Under the pieces are notes generated by a model. That model saw only the letters and a program-made list of their open reading frames with translations. It had not been told where the DNA came from and did no database searches. The position numbers were made by a program, and so were the translations under genes. A stretch of 64,000 nt of DNA from the IMG/VR virus record IMGVR_UViG_3300037225_000932, positions 96,001-160,000 of that record; one strand, given 5' to 3'. This document shows, one piece after another, positions 29,716 through 39,840 of this stretch; position 1 is the first letter of the stretch; the number at the start of each line of letters is the position of its first letter. This DNA comes from a virus.

Positions 29716-30123
29716 TTACCAATTGCTACTATTTTCAACAAACTCTTTCGCTTCAATTAAACTAAGATTTGTCCAATAACGAAGAACCTTAATGGCCTCA
29801 ACTTGAACTTGTCGATTTTGGTTTCGTAAACTACAAATTGACTGAAAAGCCTTCAAGGGAATATTATACCAAGTATTTTGAGAAATAACCGTAACAACCG
29901 GAACCCCATCCTTTATACTCACATTATGACCATGAAAAACAGTAGGAACTTCATTCCGTTTCTTCTCTTCAGCAAGCTTCTCCTGTAAATCATTACTTAA
30001 AGCCTTAATCTCTTCCTGATAAGCCTCTTCAAGAATTCTTAAAGCAGTTTTCTTATACTTATTCTCAAGAACACTTGAAACAATAACAACACGACACATT
30101 TCTTTCTTGTTCTCAATATCCAT
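29716..30123 (-). CDS. Protein with a C-terminal ribosomal bL12 (L7/L12) CTD-like motif
   Basis: VEAIKVLRYWTNLSLIEAKEFVE matches the K.AIK.VR..TGLGLKEAK..VE signature. Confidence 0.65.
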   Translation of the reverse strand: MDIENKKEMCRVVIVSSVLENKYKKTALRILEEAYQEEIKALSNDLQEKLAEEKKRNEVPTVFHGHNVSIKDGVPVVTVISQNTWYNIPLKAFQSICSLRNQNRQVQVEAIKVLRYWTNLSLIEAKEFVENSSNW

Positions 30124-30206
30124 CTTGCCTTTTCCTTTATGTTATACTCTTAGAACTTTAGTTCCCACTTTTCAGGGAGATTTTTTTTCGCGCAAAAAAA
30201 AATAGT

Positions 30207-31869
30207 TCACAAATAACTTTTATTCAACTCTATATCATAAGGTTCATCATAATATAGATAAGGATTATCCTTAATATGCGAATTTACTTCTTCTAAAGAA
30301 GTAAAAATGCCAATAATACAATGATCAGTAGAACGTGTTGCCCCTAAAACCCAAACTTTAGTGATAACTTTATCCATCTTTTTTACTCTAAAAAAGTTTT
30401 TGCTCACTTTCAAAACTCATTTTTTCTACATTTTTATCTAAGTCCCTTGTTTCTCAACCACTTATGTTATTTTTTCGCAAGAAATAAAAAACTTTTCCAC
30501 ACGGGTAAAAAAAAGTTTTATCTACTTCTCTTTAGGACCAATCTTATACTCAGAAGGAACAAATTTATGCCATAGATTACCAGCCTGCTTAAAGATAGTA
30601 ACCCTCTTTGGAGACTTAATAATAAATAAAGTCTCATCTTCATTCGCTTTTACATCAAAATCAGCAATTTGCGCAACAGAATATCCAGCATTCTGATACA
30701 TCGTGATAATTACACACGGAATACCTGCCGGATCAACTCGATGATTTTTCATGTTTTTTACCTAACCTCTTGGAAAATAAACCACTTAGGTAATTTTTTT
30801 CGCAAGATTAAAAAACTTTCTCCCGACGTAAAAAGATATCTTTAGAAACCAACAATGTCAGCCAAACTAACAGCAAAAAGCTCCTTAGCGGTCCACCCCT
30901 CTATAGCAAAATCACTATTATTGACTGTAATATCGCTTAAAACAACGATATCATGGTCCGGACCACCCATAAACTCGAAAATACCTTCCCTGCCAGACCA
31001 AAACGGATGACCACTCTTAACCTTATACTTCTCACCTTTAACCAGCTTCATGATAATCTCCTTAAATTCTTTATTTTATAGGAACTTAGATTAAAAAATC
31101 AGGGAAAGAATAAAAACTTTTCCACACGGGTAAAAAAAGTTTTATGCTGCTACAGAAATACCAGTTTCAACCGTTTGGTGGATAACAATGGTGCCACCCT
31201 TATACCGATAAGGCACATTCGCCTTCAAAGTCTCAGCTAAACCAACCAAACCATACTTCCCAAGCCACCAATTAACATATTCGGCAGCTTCAGTAAGGTC
31301 CAAACAAACCGGACTCACCACTTCACCATTCTCGTAAACCTTAAACATCTTAATTTCCTTCCTTTTCTTTGTTAGTGTTACTTCTTTAGAACTTTATTTC
31401 CCCTTTCAGGGAAAACTTCAAAGAAGTTTTACCTTCAGTTAGGGAAAACTTTAATCTTCTTGACTAATAATGTAATAAATAAATAATGAAACTAAGAACA
31501 TAACAACTAAAAAAACTTGAGGCTCTTGAGTTTCCATAACCTTTTTCTCTATTTTTATCTAACTCCAGTAATTTCAGTGGCTTACGTTAATTTTTTCGCA
31601 AGAATAAAAAAACTTTCTCTCGACGAGAAAAGACATCTTTAACCCTTACGAATTTCTAAATTTAAGTTGATCCTAATAACCCAATACTCCACTCCCTCTT
31701 TCATTACATAAATACCATGCCACTTACCATCTAAAATCAATTCTTTTGACTGTTGAGACCGAGATCCCCAATCACGCCCATCTATACTAGCAAATGGATA
31801 CTTTTCACATAAAACTTCATAATCGTAAACCCCAATAGGCATATTATTCTCAAACGTTACTAAAAACAT
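30207..31869 (-). other. Small hypothetical genes (30207-30377, 30522-30752, 30842-31051, 31142-31348, 31639-31869)
   Basis: ORFs separated by the second repeat family. Confidence 0.55.
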
Positions 31870-31972
31870 GATAGTCTTGTCCTTTTCTTCGTTAAGTGCT
31901 TTATTTCTCAAGAACTTAGATAAGATTTTCAGGGAGAGAATAAAAACTTTTCCACACGGGCAAAAAAAGTTT
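30421..31972. repeat. Second intergenic repeat family
   Basis: AAAAACTTTTCCACACGGG(T/C)AAAAAAAGTTTT x3 (~30486, 31112, 31941); AAAAACTTTCTC(C/T)CGACG..AAAGA(T/C)ATCTTT x2 (~30810, 31608); CTAA-N~20-CTTA...TTTTTTCGCAAGA x3 (~30438, 30762, 31559). Confidence 0.7.
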
Positions 31973-32039
31973 TATCTCTTCAGTAAGTTAGATAATTAAA
32001 ATAGATATCAGGGAGAAATTAAACCAATAATGAAAAAAC

Positions 32040-32420
32040 TAAGTTTGAAACGAAACGGCGAGAAAAAAAATGGTGGGAGGGGGAAAAATGAGGAAGAGGA
32101 CAGAGATTAGAGAAAAATGGAGAGGAGAATAAAGATGAGAGGACACCTGAGCTTTTTTAGGGACACAGTGGGTAAAATACCTACACCTAAGCTTTTTTAC
32201 TAACACAATGGGTAAAATGAGGACGTAATAGGCTTTTATTTAAGCTTTTTTATGGACATTCAGTGTCATTTATACCCAGGTTAGGACATCTTAGGACATT
32301 TATTCTCATCTTTAGACATCTTAAATAACATTTTATTTCAATTATTATTAAAATATAGAAAAGTGGGGCAGAGTGGGGAAAAATGTATTTACAGGGATTT
32401 AGAGCATTTACAAAGACGGA
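32040..32420. repeat. Non-coding purine-skewed tract with short iterated repeats
   Basis: AGCTTTTTTA x3, (G)GACA(C/T) about 7 times, TGGGTAAAAT x2, AGTGGGG x2; no ORF. Confidence 0.55.
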
Positions 32421-32421
32421 T

Positions 32422-32883
32422 TTAGTGGATATTCTTGAGGGGAATTATAGGAACAATTATTTCTTTATCTTGTAATTCATCCCAATCTTTCCAATGAAGA
32501 ATGACATCTAATGGATATACTTTAGGTTTATTATAGTATCCATTTTGAGGTCCAGGTGGATGATTTTTAACATATTGTTGTAGTTTTTCTAAAGAAGTAA
32601 ATACTCCAAGGATATCATAGTCATCATATTGACCAACGGTTAAGACATAAACTTTTTGAATTTCTTTTTCTTCTTTAATTACGACATAACAACCAAAAGT
32701 AGGATAATAGACAAAAGGAACATTTAACATCCAAACATAATCAAGTGGAACGACATGACCCAACCATTTCTTAGCATATTTAATTGCTTTCTTAAAAGTA
32801 TTAAACTTATGGGTTTTCCAACGACTATCAATACTAGCTGGTTTGATAGCAACAACATCGCTTCCGGTATAAACACAGAACAT
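32422..32883 (-). CDS. Hypothetical protein; C-terminus resembles 30207-30377
   Basis: KVYVL......ILGVFTSLE motif shared. Confidence 0.6.
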   Translation of the reverse strand: MFCVYTGSDVVAIKPASIDSRWKTHKFNTFKKAIKYAKKWLGHVVPLDYVWMLNVPFVYYPTFGCYVVIKEEKEIQKVYVLTVGQYDDYDILGVFTSLEKLQQYVKNHPPGPQNGYYNKPKVYPLDVILHWKDWDELQDKEIIVPIIPLKNIH

Positions 32884-33032
32884 TGTTTTATTCCTTATTA
32901 TTTATATTTATCAGTCATATTTCTAGTGAAAGCACCACAAAAAACAAATACGACAATTCCTACAGAAAGGACTAAACAAAATACATTTATGATATTCCAG
33001 ATTATTTCATCTGACATTGTTGTTATTCCTTA

Positions 33033-33311
33033 TTAAGTGGAAGATTTTTTATTTGCGAAAAAAAAAATTAGTTTAACGGCCATAAACATTTGTTGTGTAT
33101 TACAATCAATATACAATCTTCGGTGGGCTGGATAATTATAATTTCCAACTGGTCCTGTATAGTGTAAAATATGTTCTTGATTTTCTCCAACTGCTTTATA
33201 CATTGCTTTATCATAACTAGAAGCAGAGACATCTTTAGAGAAAATAGACCATTGTATTTCTTTATTTAGATCAAATCTCCAAGCACTAAAAATATTATAT
33301 GTATTATTCAT
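33033..33311 (-). CDS. Small leaderless hypothetical protein
   Basis: ATG 6 nt after the promoter. Confidence 0.55.
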   Translation of the reverse strand: MNNTYNIFSAWRFDLNKEIQWSIFSKDVSASSYDKAMYKAVGENQEHILHYTGPVGNYNYPAHRRLYIDCNTQQMFMAVKLIFFFANKKSST

Positions 33312-33353
33312 AATAATATAGAACTTTATTTAAGAGATCAGGGGAGAGAAAGA

Positions 33354-33764
33354 TTATACTTGCCAATTACCTCTATCTTCAAGGCATTTTTCAATATCAA
33401 CATTAGGAAGTTTAGTCCAAATCTTCAAAAGATCAATAGCAGAATAAATCTGTTTAGAAGCCAGCTTATCATGAACAAGATTATAGACTACAACTGGAAT
33501 TTCGGGATAGAAAGTATTCCACTCATCATGTTTAGCTTTTAACTGAACGCACCAAACTCCATCCTTCTTAAATGGAGCCTTATAAGAATTACGAGATTGA
33601 GGAACTTCTTCTATAATACTCTTCTTTGCTTTTTCAATTTCTTCTTTCAGGTGTTGTGAATAAATTAGTTCAAGGTTTTCAAGTGCTGCCAAACGATCAT
33701 TAGCAGTTGCAGCACTATTCAAAACAATAAGGCGAGCAATACGTTGAGCTTGTTCGAGTGTCAT
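33354..33764 (-). CDS. Paralog of 29716-30123 with a degenerate bL12-CTD-like end
   Basis: Shared KDGV..V...IP and SAIDLLKIWTKL...NW. Confidence 0.55.
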   Translation of the reverse strand: MTLEQAQRIARLIVLNSAATANDRLAALENLELIYSQHLKEEIEKAKKSIIEEVPQSRNSYKAPFKKDGVWCVQLKAKHDEWNTFYPEIPVVVYNLVHDKLASKQIYSAIDLLKIWTKLPNVDIEKCLEDRGNWQV

Positions 33765-33812
33765 TTTTATATCTCTTTATTTGTAATAGAGTTATATTTT
33801 TCGGGCAAAAAA

Positions 33813-34862
33813 TTATTTAGCAATTAGTGGGACAGTTGTGATTTTGTATTTAGAAAACTCAAAGGAATTATAGAATGGACTAATGTTAAAATCTTTATAG
33901 ATAAAACCATATTTATTAATTTGTGCAGCATAATGAGAATTAAAGTGGCAAATGAGGAAACTTTCAAAAGCATTATACCATTTTCTGCCTGTTTCTTCAT
34001 TTTCTTCATTTATTTGTTTACAAGACAATTTCCAAGGATCAATATTTTCTTTAATATGATCTGGATGAGATTGTCCGGGCTTCATTTTTGGTTTTAGTGG
34101 TAATTCTTTACAGGGATCAGGATTATTTTGCTTCCATCTTTTTGCTTCTTCTTTTAGACCATTAAAAATTAGACTTACTACTTTATCTTTTTCTAAAAGA
34201 AAAGCAAGATGATCATTTGCTTCTTGTTCGGTGAGACAAGCAGCAATAGGGTCTGAAGTAATATAATAATCTTCATCACTGAGCCGACAAACTAAATAAA
34301 CATTAGACATAGTTAATAAATCCTTTTAAGCCGCTTCAATATCAATTGAATTAGCGGCATTAGGGCGAACAACAATTCTATTATTAGCAGAGATAGAGAT
34401 TGTATTATCTTTCTTAAAAGTCAAAGAAATATCAAGGTATTTTCCGTTGGGGAAAAGGATCTCAATATGGCCGGAGAAAACATTAAGTTCTTTGCCTTGA
34501 CCGGGATAGTGAGAATTATCAAAAACCTTAATTTGTCCTGATTTATCTTCCATTTCAATTATCCTTTCTATTACATTAGAACTTTAATTTAAATCTCAGG
34601 GAAGTGAGCATTCAGAGATATTTTCGATACAAAACTTATTAGGGCAAACATTAGAAGAAAGTAAAGAACCGCAAGACGGGCATTCATTGTCGAAAGAAAC
34701 TCCGCAAGGAAAATCCAAGAAAGTAGTAAAGAAATCTTTCAATGAATTTCTTATATCTTTTCTATCTTGTTCATCTGAAGGTTCAGGAAGTCCGTCAATA
34801 GTAATAGTTTGAGAGCGGATTCCAGCAGCAAGTTCGGCAGGAGTTGTAATAAAGGCTTTCAT
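33813..34862 (-). other. Hypothetical genes 33813-34310, 34326-34553 and 34596-34862 (zinc ribbon)
   Basis: ORFs with RBS or promoter; CPSC..CPNKFC in the last. Confidence 0.6.
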
Positions 34863-34901
34863 AATATAGACTTAGAACTTTATTTAATTTTTCTGGGCAA
34901 A

Positions 34902-35102
34902 TAAAAATACCTTCAAAGGCGATCACTTAGTTCGTCCTCAAGGGTATGATCGGAGCCGCTCTATTTGCTCTATCTTTTTATTAAAATTAGAAGTCAGCGA
35001 AACCTTTATGGTTCATCTGTTGCCCACCTAGGTTTGGCAGAGCAGGGTGCCCATAACTATTTCAGGTTTTAGGTTATGCTCGGTTGCCCAGCACTTGACT
35101 CC
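34902..35102 (-). ncRNA. ~200-nt multibranch small RNA
   Basis: The predicted +1 GGAGUCA pairs with UGACUUC; internal stems CAUAAC/GUUAUG and GAACC/GGUUU; terminator; no ORF. Confidence 0.5.
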
Positions 35103-35121
35103 GATGCTTTAGAACTTTATT

Positions 35122-35463
35122 TTAGATTTCAGGGGGCTTATTGGGATGTTCTAATAATTCAATTCGGTGACCGAGATAAGGAAAAAGTGTAAAGGTTAAA
35201 ATAATACCAAGTAATAGTTGTAATAAATATGGTAGCATATTAACAACAAAAAATACCAATACAATAATTAAATAGCCACCTAATATCCATATTGGCACTA
35301 CTATTGTCAAACCTAAGAGATTTTGTAGCCATTTTCTTTTTACTTTATCAATACAATTAACCATACATTTTGGCAAGAAAAAAGGCCAAAGATAAAAACA
35401 AATACAAGGAAAAAGCCAAGTTATTTGTATGAGTGGGTCGCTGATATCTATGTTTTTATACAT
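35122..35463 (-). CDS. Membrane protein
   Basis: Three hydrophobic segments; AAGGAG RBS. Confidence 0.6.
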   Translation of the reverse strand: MYKNIDISDPLIQITWLFPCICFYLWPFFLPKCMVNCIDKVKRKWLQNLLGLTIVVPIWILGGYLIIVLVFFVVNMLPYLLQLLLGIILTFTLFPYLGHRIELLEHPNKPPEI

Positions 35464-35841
35464 AATTTCTCCTTTTTATTTTTGCGCAAAAAAAGTCCCA
35501 CCCGTTCTGGTCTCAGGTGGGACACTTCAGGAGGCGATCAACAAGTCGCCGTTGCGTAATTAACCCTGTATCTCGTAATTCTTTACTCCAAGTTCTCTAA
35601 GGTGTTGTCGCAAAATGGCTTCTGTAAGAAAGTCTAATTTACCAAAATAAAACAATTGATCTAAAGTGTCTTCTATTTGTCTTATTTCAGTTTTTAATTG
35701 GTTTTCTTGTTTCACGTTCATAATATTCTATTAGAACTTTATTATTTTTATCAGGGCTTTTATTTTTACGCAAAAAAAATCCCCCTACTCGTCTGGCGAA
35801 TAGGGGGACGAAAGGAGGTTCGCTAAGGAGCCTCATGAACA

Positions 35842-36441
35842 TCAATCAATAATCTGGAAAGTTTCGCCATTCATCGTAATTTGCTGAATACTTTCCAAAC
35901 CATAAGTCAAGAAGATAATTGGATCATCAGTGCCCTGATTAGCATAATCCGACTTCTCAGGAATAAACTTCTCAATATCCTTAAAGTCAATCGGAGTGCC
36001 ATCATTCTGCCGATATTCGCTTTCAATTGCGCCCTTCAACATAAAGCGAAGATAAAACTTACCATTCGTCTTATGCTTACAGAAAGGCGTCAACTTATTA
36101 TCAACCATTACCGGCTCATGCCAAGAACTTCCTTGCTTAAACTCATCAGCCGATTTCCCTTCTTTCTCCAAACGCTTCAAAACCGCCTTGTCATAATGAA
36201 AGTTCAAAATGCCGTTCACCTTTGCCCACTTCCAAACATTTCCAACAAAAGGATTGCCAGTCTTTCGCATCTTTGGCTCGGTCTTAGCAACAAAAGTAAT
36301 AATCGTTGCACCCTTCAAAACCGACAACATATCAAACAAACGCTCCCGGGTAATTGACTGAACAACCCGAGTATCCAACGGAACCGTAACGAAAGTCGGA
36401 AGCCTGGTGACGGGAGTAGTAGAAATAATCGCAGTAGCCAT
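35842..36441 (-). CDS. Conserved-looking phage hypothetical protein
   Basis: 199 aa with promoter, RBS and terminator. Confidence 0.7.
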   Translation of the reverse strand: MATAIISTTPVTRLPTFVTVPLDTRVVQSITRERLFDMLSVLKGATIITFVAKTEPKMRKTGNPFVGNVWKWAKVNGILNFHYDKAVLKRLEKEGKSADEFKQGSSWHEPVMVDNKLTPFCKHKTNGKFYLRFMLKGAIESEYRQNDGTPIDFKDIEKFIPEKSDYANQGTDDPIIFLTYGLESIQQITMNGETFQIID

Positions 36442-36465
36442 CTTCGTTTTTCCTTTATTAGTGTT

Positions 36466-37658
36466 AAACGATTAGAACTTTTTATTATTTTTCAGGGCAA
36501 AGTAATTGATCTTCATAAACTACAGGGCCATAAAGACCATGCCCCTTCGCCTCAGTATCAACTAATACAGAAGTTCCATCAGTAAAATGAAAAATCCAAC
36601 AATTCGCAGAAGAAGTATCAATTGACTTAACAGTCTTACCAACAAAAGCCAGATTAACGATCTTCTTTTTTTGAGCAGTCATTTTCGTTTTCCTTTTAGT
36701 TAGTTTTTCTTTTCTTAACTCAAACATACAAGCTTTATTTACACCATAAACAATGCCGCAATTAAAACATTTTCGATCATTACGAATTTCTTCAGGATCG
36801 CCATCCCTAGACTTTATTTGTCTAGTCGGTTTATTACAATGACGACAGAGAAGATGATTAGGTTGTCTTGCCATTTAAGCGTTTATCTCTCTAATTCGCC
36901 GTAATTCTCGAACCTTTAGTGAAAGTTTGCCGGCTCGTTCCATCATAGGATTAACCTGATGAGTAGACCATTCCAACATATTTCAGATTATCACCAAACT
37001 CTTTATTGTATAGAAATTCTATTTCCTTATTATCCATCTTCATAATAATCCTAAACATACGTTCATTCATTTCTTCACGCGTCTGAGTAGCCATCTTAAT
37101 TTTTCCTTTATAAATGTTAAACGATTAGAACTTTAATCTAAGTCTCAGGGAAGAGATTATTTTTGCGCGAAAAATAAAATATTTACTTTTAAACTATAGA
37201 TAAACTACAGGGCCATAAAAACCATAACCTTTTGCTTCAACATCAAGAATTACAGAAGTTTCATCCGTAAAATGAAATGTCCAACAATTCACATAAGAAG
37301 TGTCAATTGACTTAATAGTCTTACCAACAAAAGCCAGATTAACAACCTTCTTTTTTTCTTGAGCAGTCATTTTCATTTTCCTTTCGATTTAGTGTATTTT
37401 CTTAGTTTAAACATATCAGATTTAGACATTCCATAAACAATATGACATTTTGGACAATGACGATCATTACGGATATCTTCAGGATCGCCATCGTGACTAC
37501 TTAAAGAATAAGTGGGTCCATTACAATGTTGACAGCGAAGATGATCAGGTTGTCTTGCCATTTAAGCGTTTATCTCCCTAATTCGCCGTAATTCTCGAAC
37601 CTTTAGTGAAAGTTTGCCGGCTCGTTCCATCATAGGATTAACCTGATGAGTAGACCAT
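36466..37658. repeat. Imperfect tandem duplication of a ~0.5-kb cassette
   Basis: 36862-36971 is nearly identical to 37549-37658. ORF 36485-36874 corresponds to a fusion of 37373-37561 and 37194-37376. Confidence 0.85.
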
Positions 37659-37819
37659 CCCCCAGTTTTACTCTCTTCAACCCAAGAATAAAGTTGCTGG
37701 ATCTCATCCTCAAGAGCACGAATAGCCTCACCAAGAGCATCATAAATACTTTTCATTTTTATTACTCCTTCTTTGTTAAAATCTTTTATCTTTATTTAAT
37801 TTTTCTGGGCGAAAAAATA

Positions 37820-38335
37820 TTACTTCTTTTCCGTCTGATACAAGACTTCTTGAGCGAAAGCAAGTGCAGCGGAAGCAGAAGTGGAATAACCACAAAGAAA
37901 ATGTTGAGGAGCAGAAGATTTTGCCCCAGTAGTAGGCATCCCTGTCTTTTCATCAACATAACAAACATAATAGTTGGTCAAACCACTTTCGAGAATACGG
38001 AGAATACAACCAGACATAAATCGCTGTTCTAAACAAACTCGATAATTACAAACTGGTGTATTATTCTTTTTTTCTTTTGCCTCATTTAAACTATCAATCG
38101 TTGAATAACCATATAAAGCAGTCAATGCTTCATCTAAAGTTTTAAACCAATGAGCCCAAGATCTCCATTTGTTTTCGGGATGAAAATAAGAAAACACATC
38201 GAAATTACTTTTCTTCATAATATAATACTGAAAATTCACGCAATCATTAAGATTGTATGCCTTCTTCGGCCCGGAAATAGTGACGTTTTCTCCACCAAAT
38301 TTAAATTCCATCTTAAATCCAACAGAGCTGTTCAT
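37820..38335 (-). CDS. Hypothetical protein, paralog of 43551-44255
   Basis: Shared SSVGF..F.G..V.I.G, AHWF, CNYR.C and ILRILE. Confidence 0.7.
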   Translation of the reverse strand: MNSSVGFKMEFKFGGENVTISGPKKAYNLNDCVNFQYYIMKKSNFDVFSYFHPENKWRSWAHWFKTLDEALTALYGYSTIDSLNEAKEKKNNTPVCNYRVCLEQRFMSGCILRILESGLTNYYVCYVDEKTGMPTTGAKSSAPQHFLCGYSTSASAALAFAQEVLYQTEKK

Positions 38336-38396
38336 TGTAAATTTCCTTTGTGAATTATAGATTTACATTTTTATTTAAGTTTTCAGGGTAAATATA

Positions 38397-38657
38397 TCTA
38401 TAAACAGAGACACCCTTAAATATTTCATCTTCCTACCAGAAGATTACTTATTAAGGGTGTGGTAGTAGAAAATCCTTTTTCGAGCATCATGGGGGACTCG
38501 AACCTACCCATTACCCGGTTTAAACCCGGGTCTCCGACCATTAGAGGAACGATACCAAAAAGATTTTCTATCTCTGTGCCTAAGATTACTTTGTTGTCCC
38601 ATCATATTTTCGGGATCATAAACATTTCATCATCGGCTATTCTAATACTAGTTTAAC
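38397..38657 (-). ncRNA. Three-way-junction RNA family A member 2, containing a tRNA-like domain (38483-38556; anticodon position UUA)
   Basis: P1 ACAGAGA/UCUCUGU, P2 UAGAAAAUC/GAUUUUCUA, P3 CACCCUUAA/UUAAGGGUG, linker-loop CUACCA/UGGUAG; cloverleaf with a bulged T-stem. Confidence 0.7.
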
Positions 38658-38672
38658 AATCTCTTAGAACTT

Positions 38673-38987
38673 TTAACTATTTTTCGGGGCAGATTTTTCC
38701 ATTTCCCTAATTTTATCGTAAAGACACTGAAAAAAATTCATAACACTAACGTGGGTTTCACCTTCCTTTATATGTCTTTCAATCCTAATCATACCAAAGC
38801 TAGAAGCATAATCGACAAACTCTAAAAAGAAAAGATCATCTTCCTTTCTTAGATAAAGAGTATATCCATAAAGATCATGGTTATCATCTGTGTCTCTAAA
38901 GTTCTTAAAATATACTCCATCAAATCTCTGATCAAAGCCATCCCCCTTAGCAGTTTCAAGAGAAAATGAAACAAAATCAGCGATCAT
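38673..38987 (-). CDS. Hypothetical protein
   Basis: AAGGA RBS. Confidence 0.6.
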   Translation of the reverse strand: MIADFVSFSLETAKGDGFDQRFDGVYFKNFRDTDDNHDLYGYTLYLRKEDDLFFLEFVDYASSFGMIRIERHIKEGETHVSVMNFFQCLYDKIREMEKSAPKNS

Positions 38988-39002
38988 TTTAATTGTCCTT
39001 TT

Positions 39003-39380
39003 TTAGTGCTCGCTTGGCAGAAGCAAAACATACCGATCGCCCGACCCCTCAACATACAACTTGATACTATTCAAAGGAAAATCAGAATATTCAATTTCCT
39101 GCGAAACAACAGGAGTTTCACCAGTATCAGCCCGACAAGTCAATAACCAAGTATTATTAGGCTGCTTGGTCAACTCCCAAAGTTGAAACCAATCTAACTT
39201 CTTTTGAGCGGTCTTTTGGTGACTGGCAATCGCGTCAATTAGCCAATATGCCCCAGCATTTTCGGCTAAAACCTTAATGCCATCAGTGTAAACAAAATTA
39301 CGACAAAAAGAATGACGATAATAATGTTCAGTGCAATTACAGTAGGCTAAAAGATTTTGAAGTTCAGTAGCAGAAATCAT
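39003..39380 (-). CDS. DUF6876-like protein
   Basis: YTDG...LAE.AGAYWLIDAIASHQ...FQ.W.L...Q.IEYSDFP...LLLPSE. Confidence 0.7.
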   Translation of the reverse strand: MISATELQNLLAYCNCTEHYYRHSFCRNFVYTDGIKVLAENAGAYWLIDAIASHQKTAQKKLDWFQLWELTKQPNNTWLLTCRADTGETPVVSQEIEYSDFPLNSIKLYVEGSGDRYVLLLPSEH

Positions 39381-39701
39381 TTGAGTGTCCTTTTAGTAAT
39401 GCTCTTTTAGAAATTTAATTTATCTATCAGGGAGAAATGTGGAATAAACGATTTTCAATTTTCTTATCTAAAAACAACCAAAGTATTCCACCAGGCTCGC
39501 CATCAGAATTAGGCTCAAATTGAGCCTTGACAATTCTACTATCATAGGTATTAACATCTTGAATACAAACAGCCGTTATAATGTCAGTATTAGGAACAAC
39601 AGAGTTAATATCATTAATAGTTAATCCGCGTTTCTTACTAATAGTGAACTTGTTTTTCTTAATAATAGATCTCATTTTTTTACTTTCAAGAAAAAAATAA
39701 A

Positions 39702-39775
39702 TTGGCCCGGCTGGATTCAAACCAGCGACCCGACCGCTATAAACGATCCGCTCTGATCAACTGAGCTACGGGCCA
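39702..39775 (-). tRNA. tRNA-Ile(UAU)
   Basis: UGGCCCG/CGGGCCA acceptor; anticodon loop UUUAUAG; T-loop UUUGAAU; no encoded CCA. Confidence 0.8.
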
Positions 39776-39840
39776 GTAAACATTATTATATTACAACTTT
39801 CTATTACTTTTCAGGGCAAAAATATCCGATATACTACAAC

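Noticed and set aside
38483-38556. Functional ochre suppressor tRNA implying a recoded genetic code
   Set aside because: It has G32, a bulged T-stem, several G-U acceptor pairs and no CCA. TAA is the commonest stop in the window and long ORFs read normally in code 11.
39736-39746. Match of the family A tail (GUUUAUAG) to the tRNA-Ile anticodon loop
   Set aside because: Only 8 nt in an AT-rich genome; cannot be distinguished from chance.
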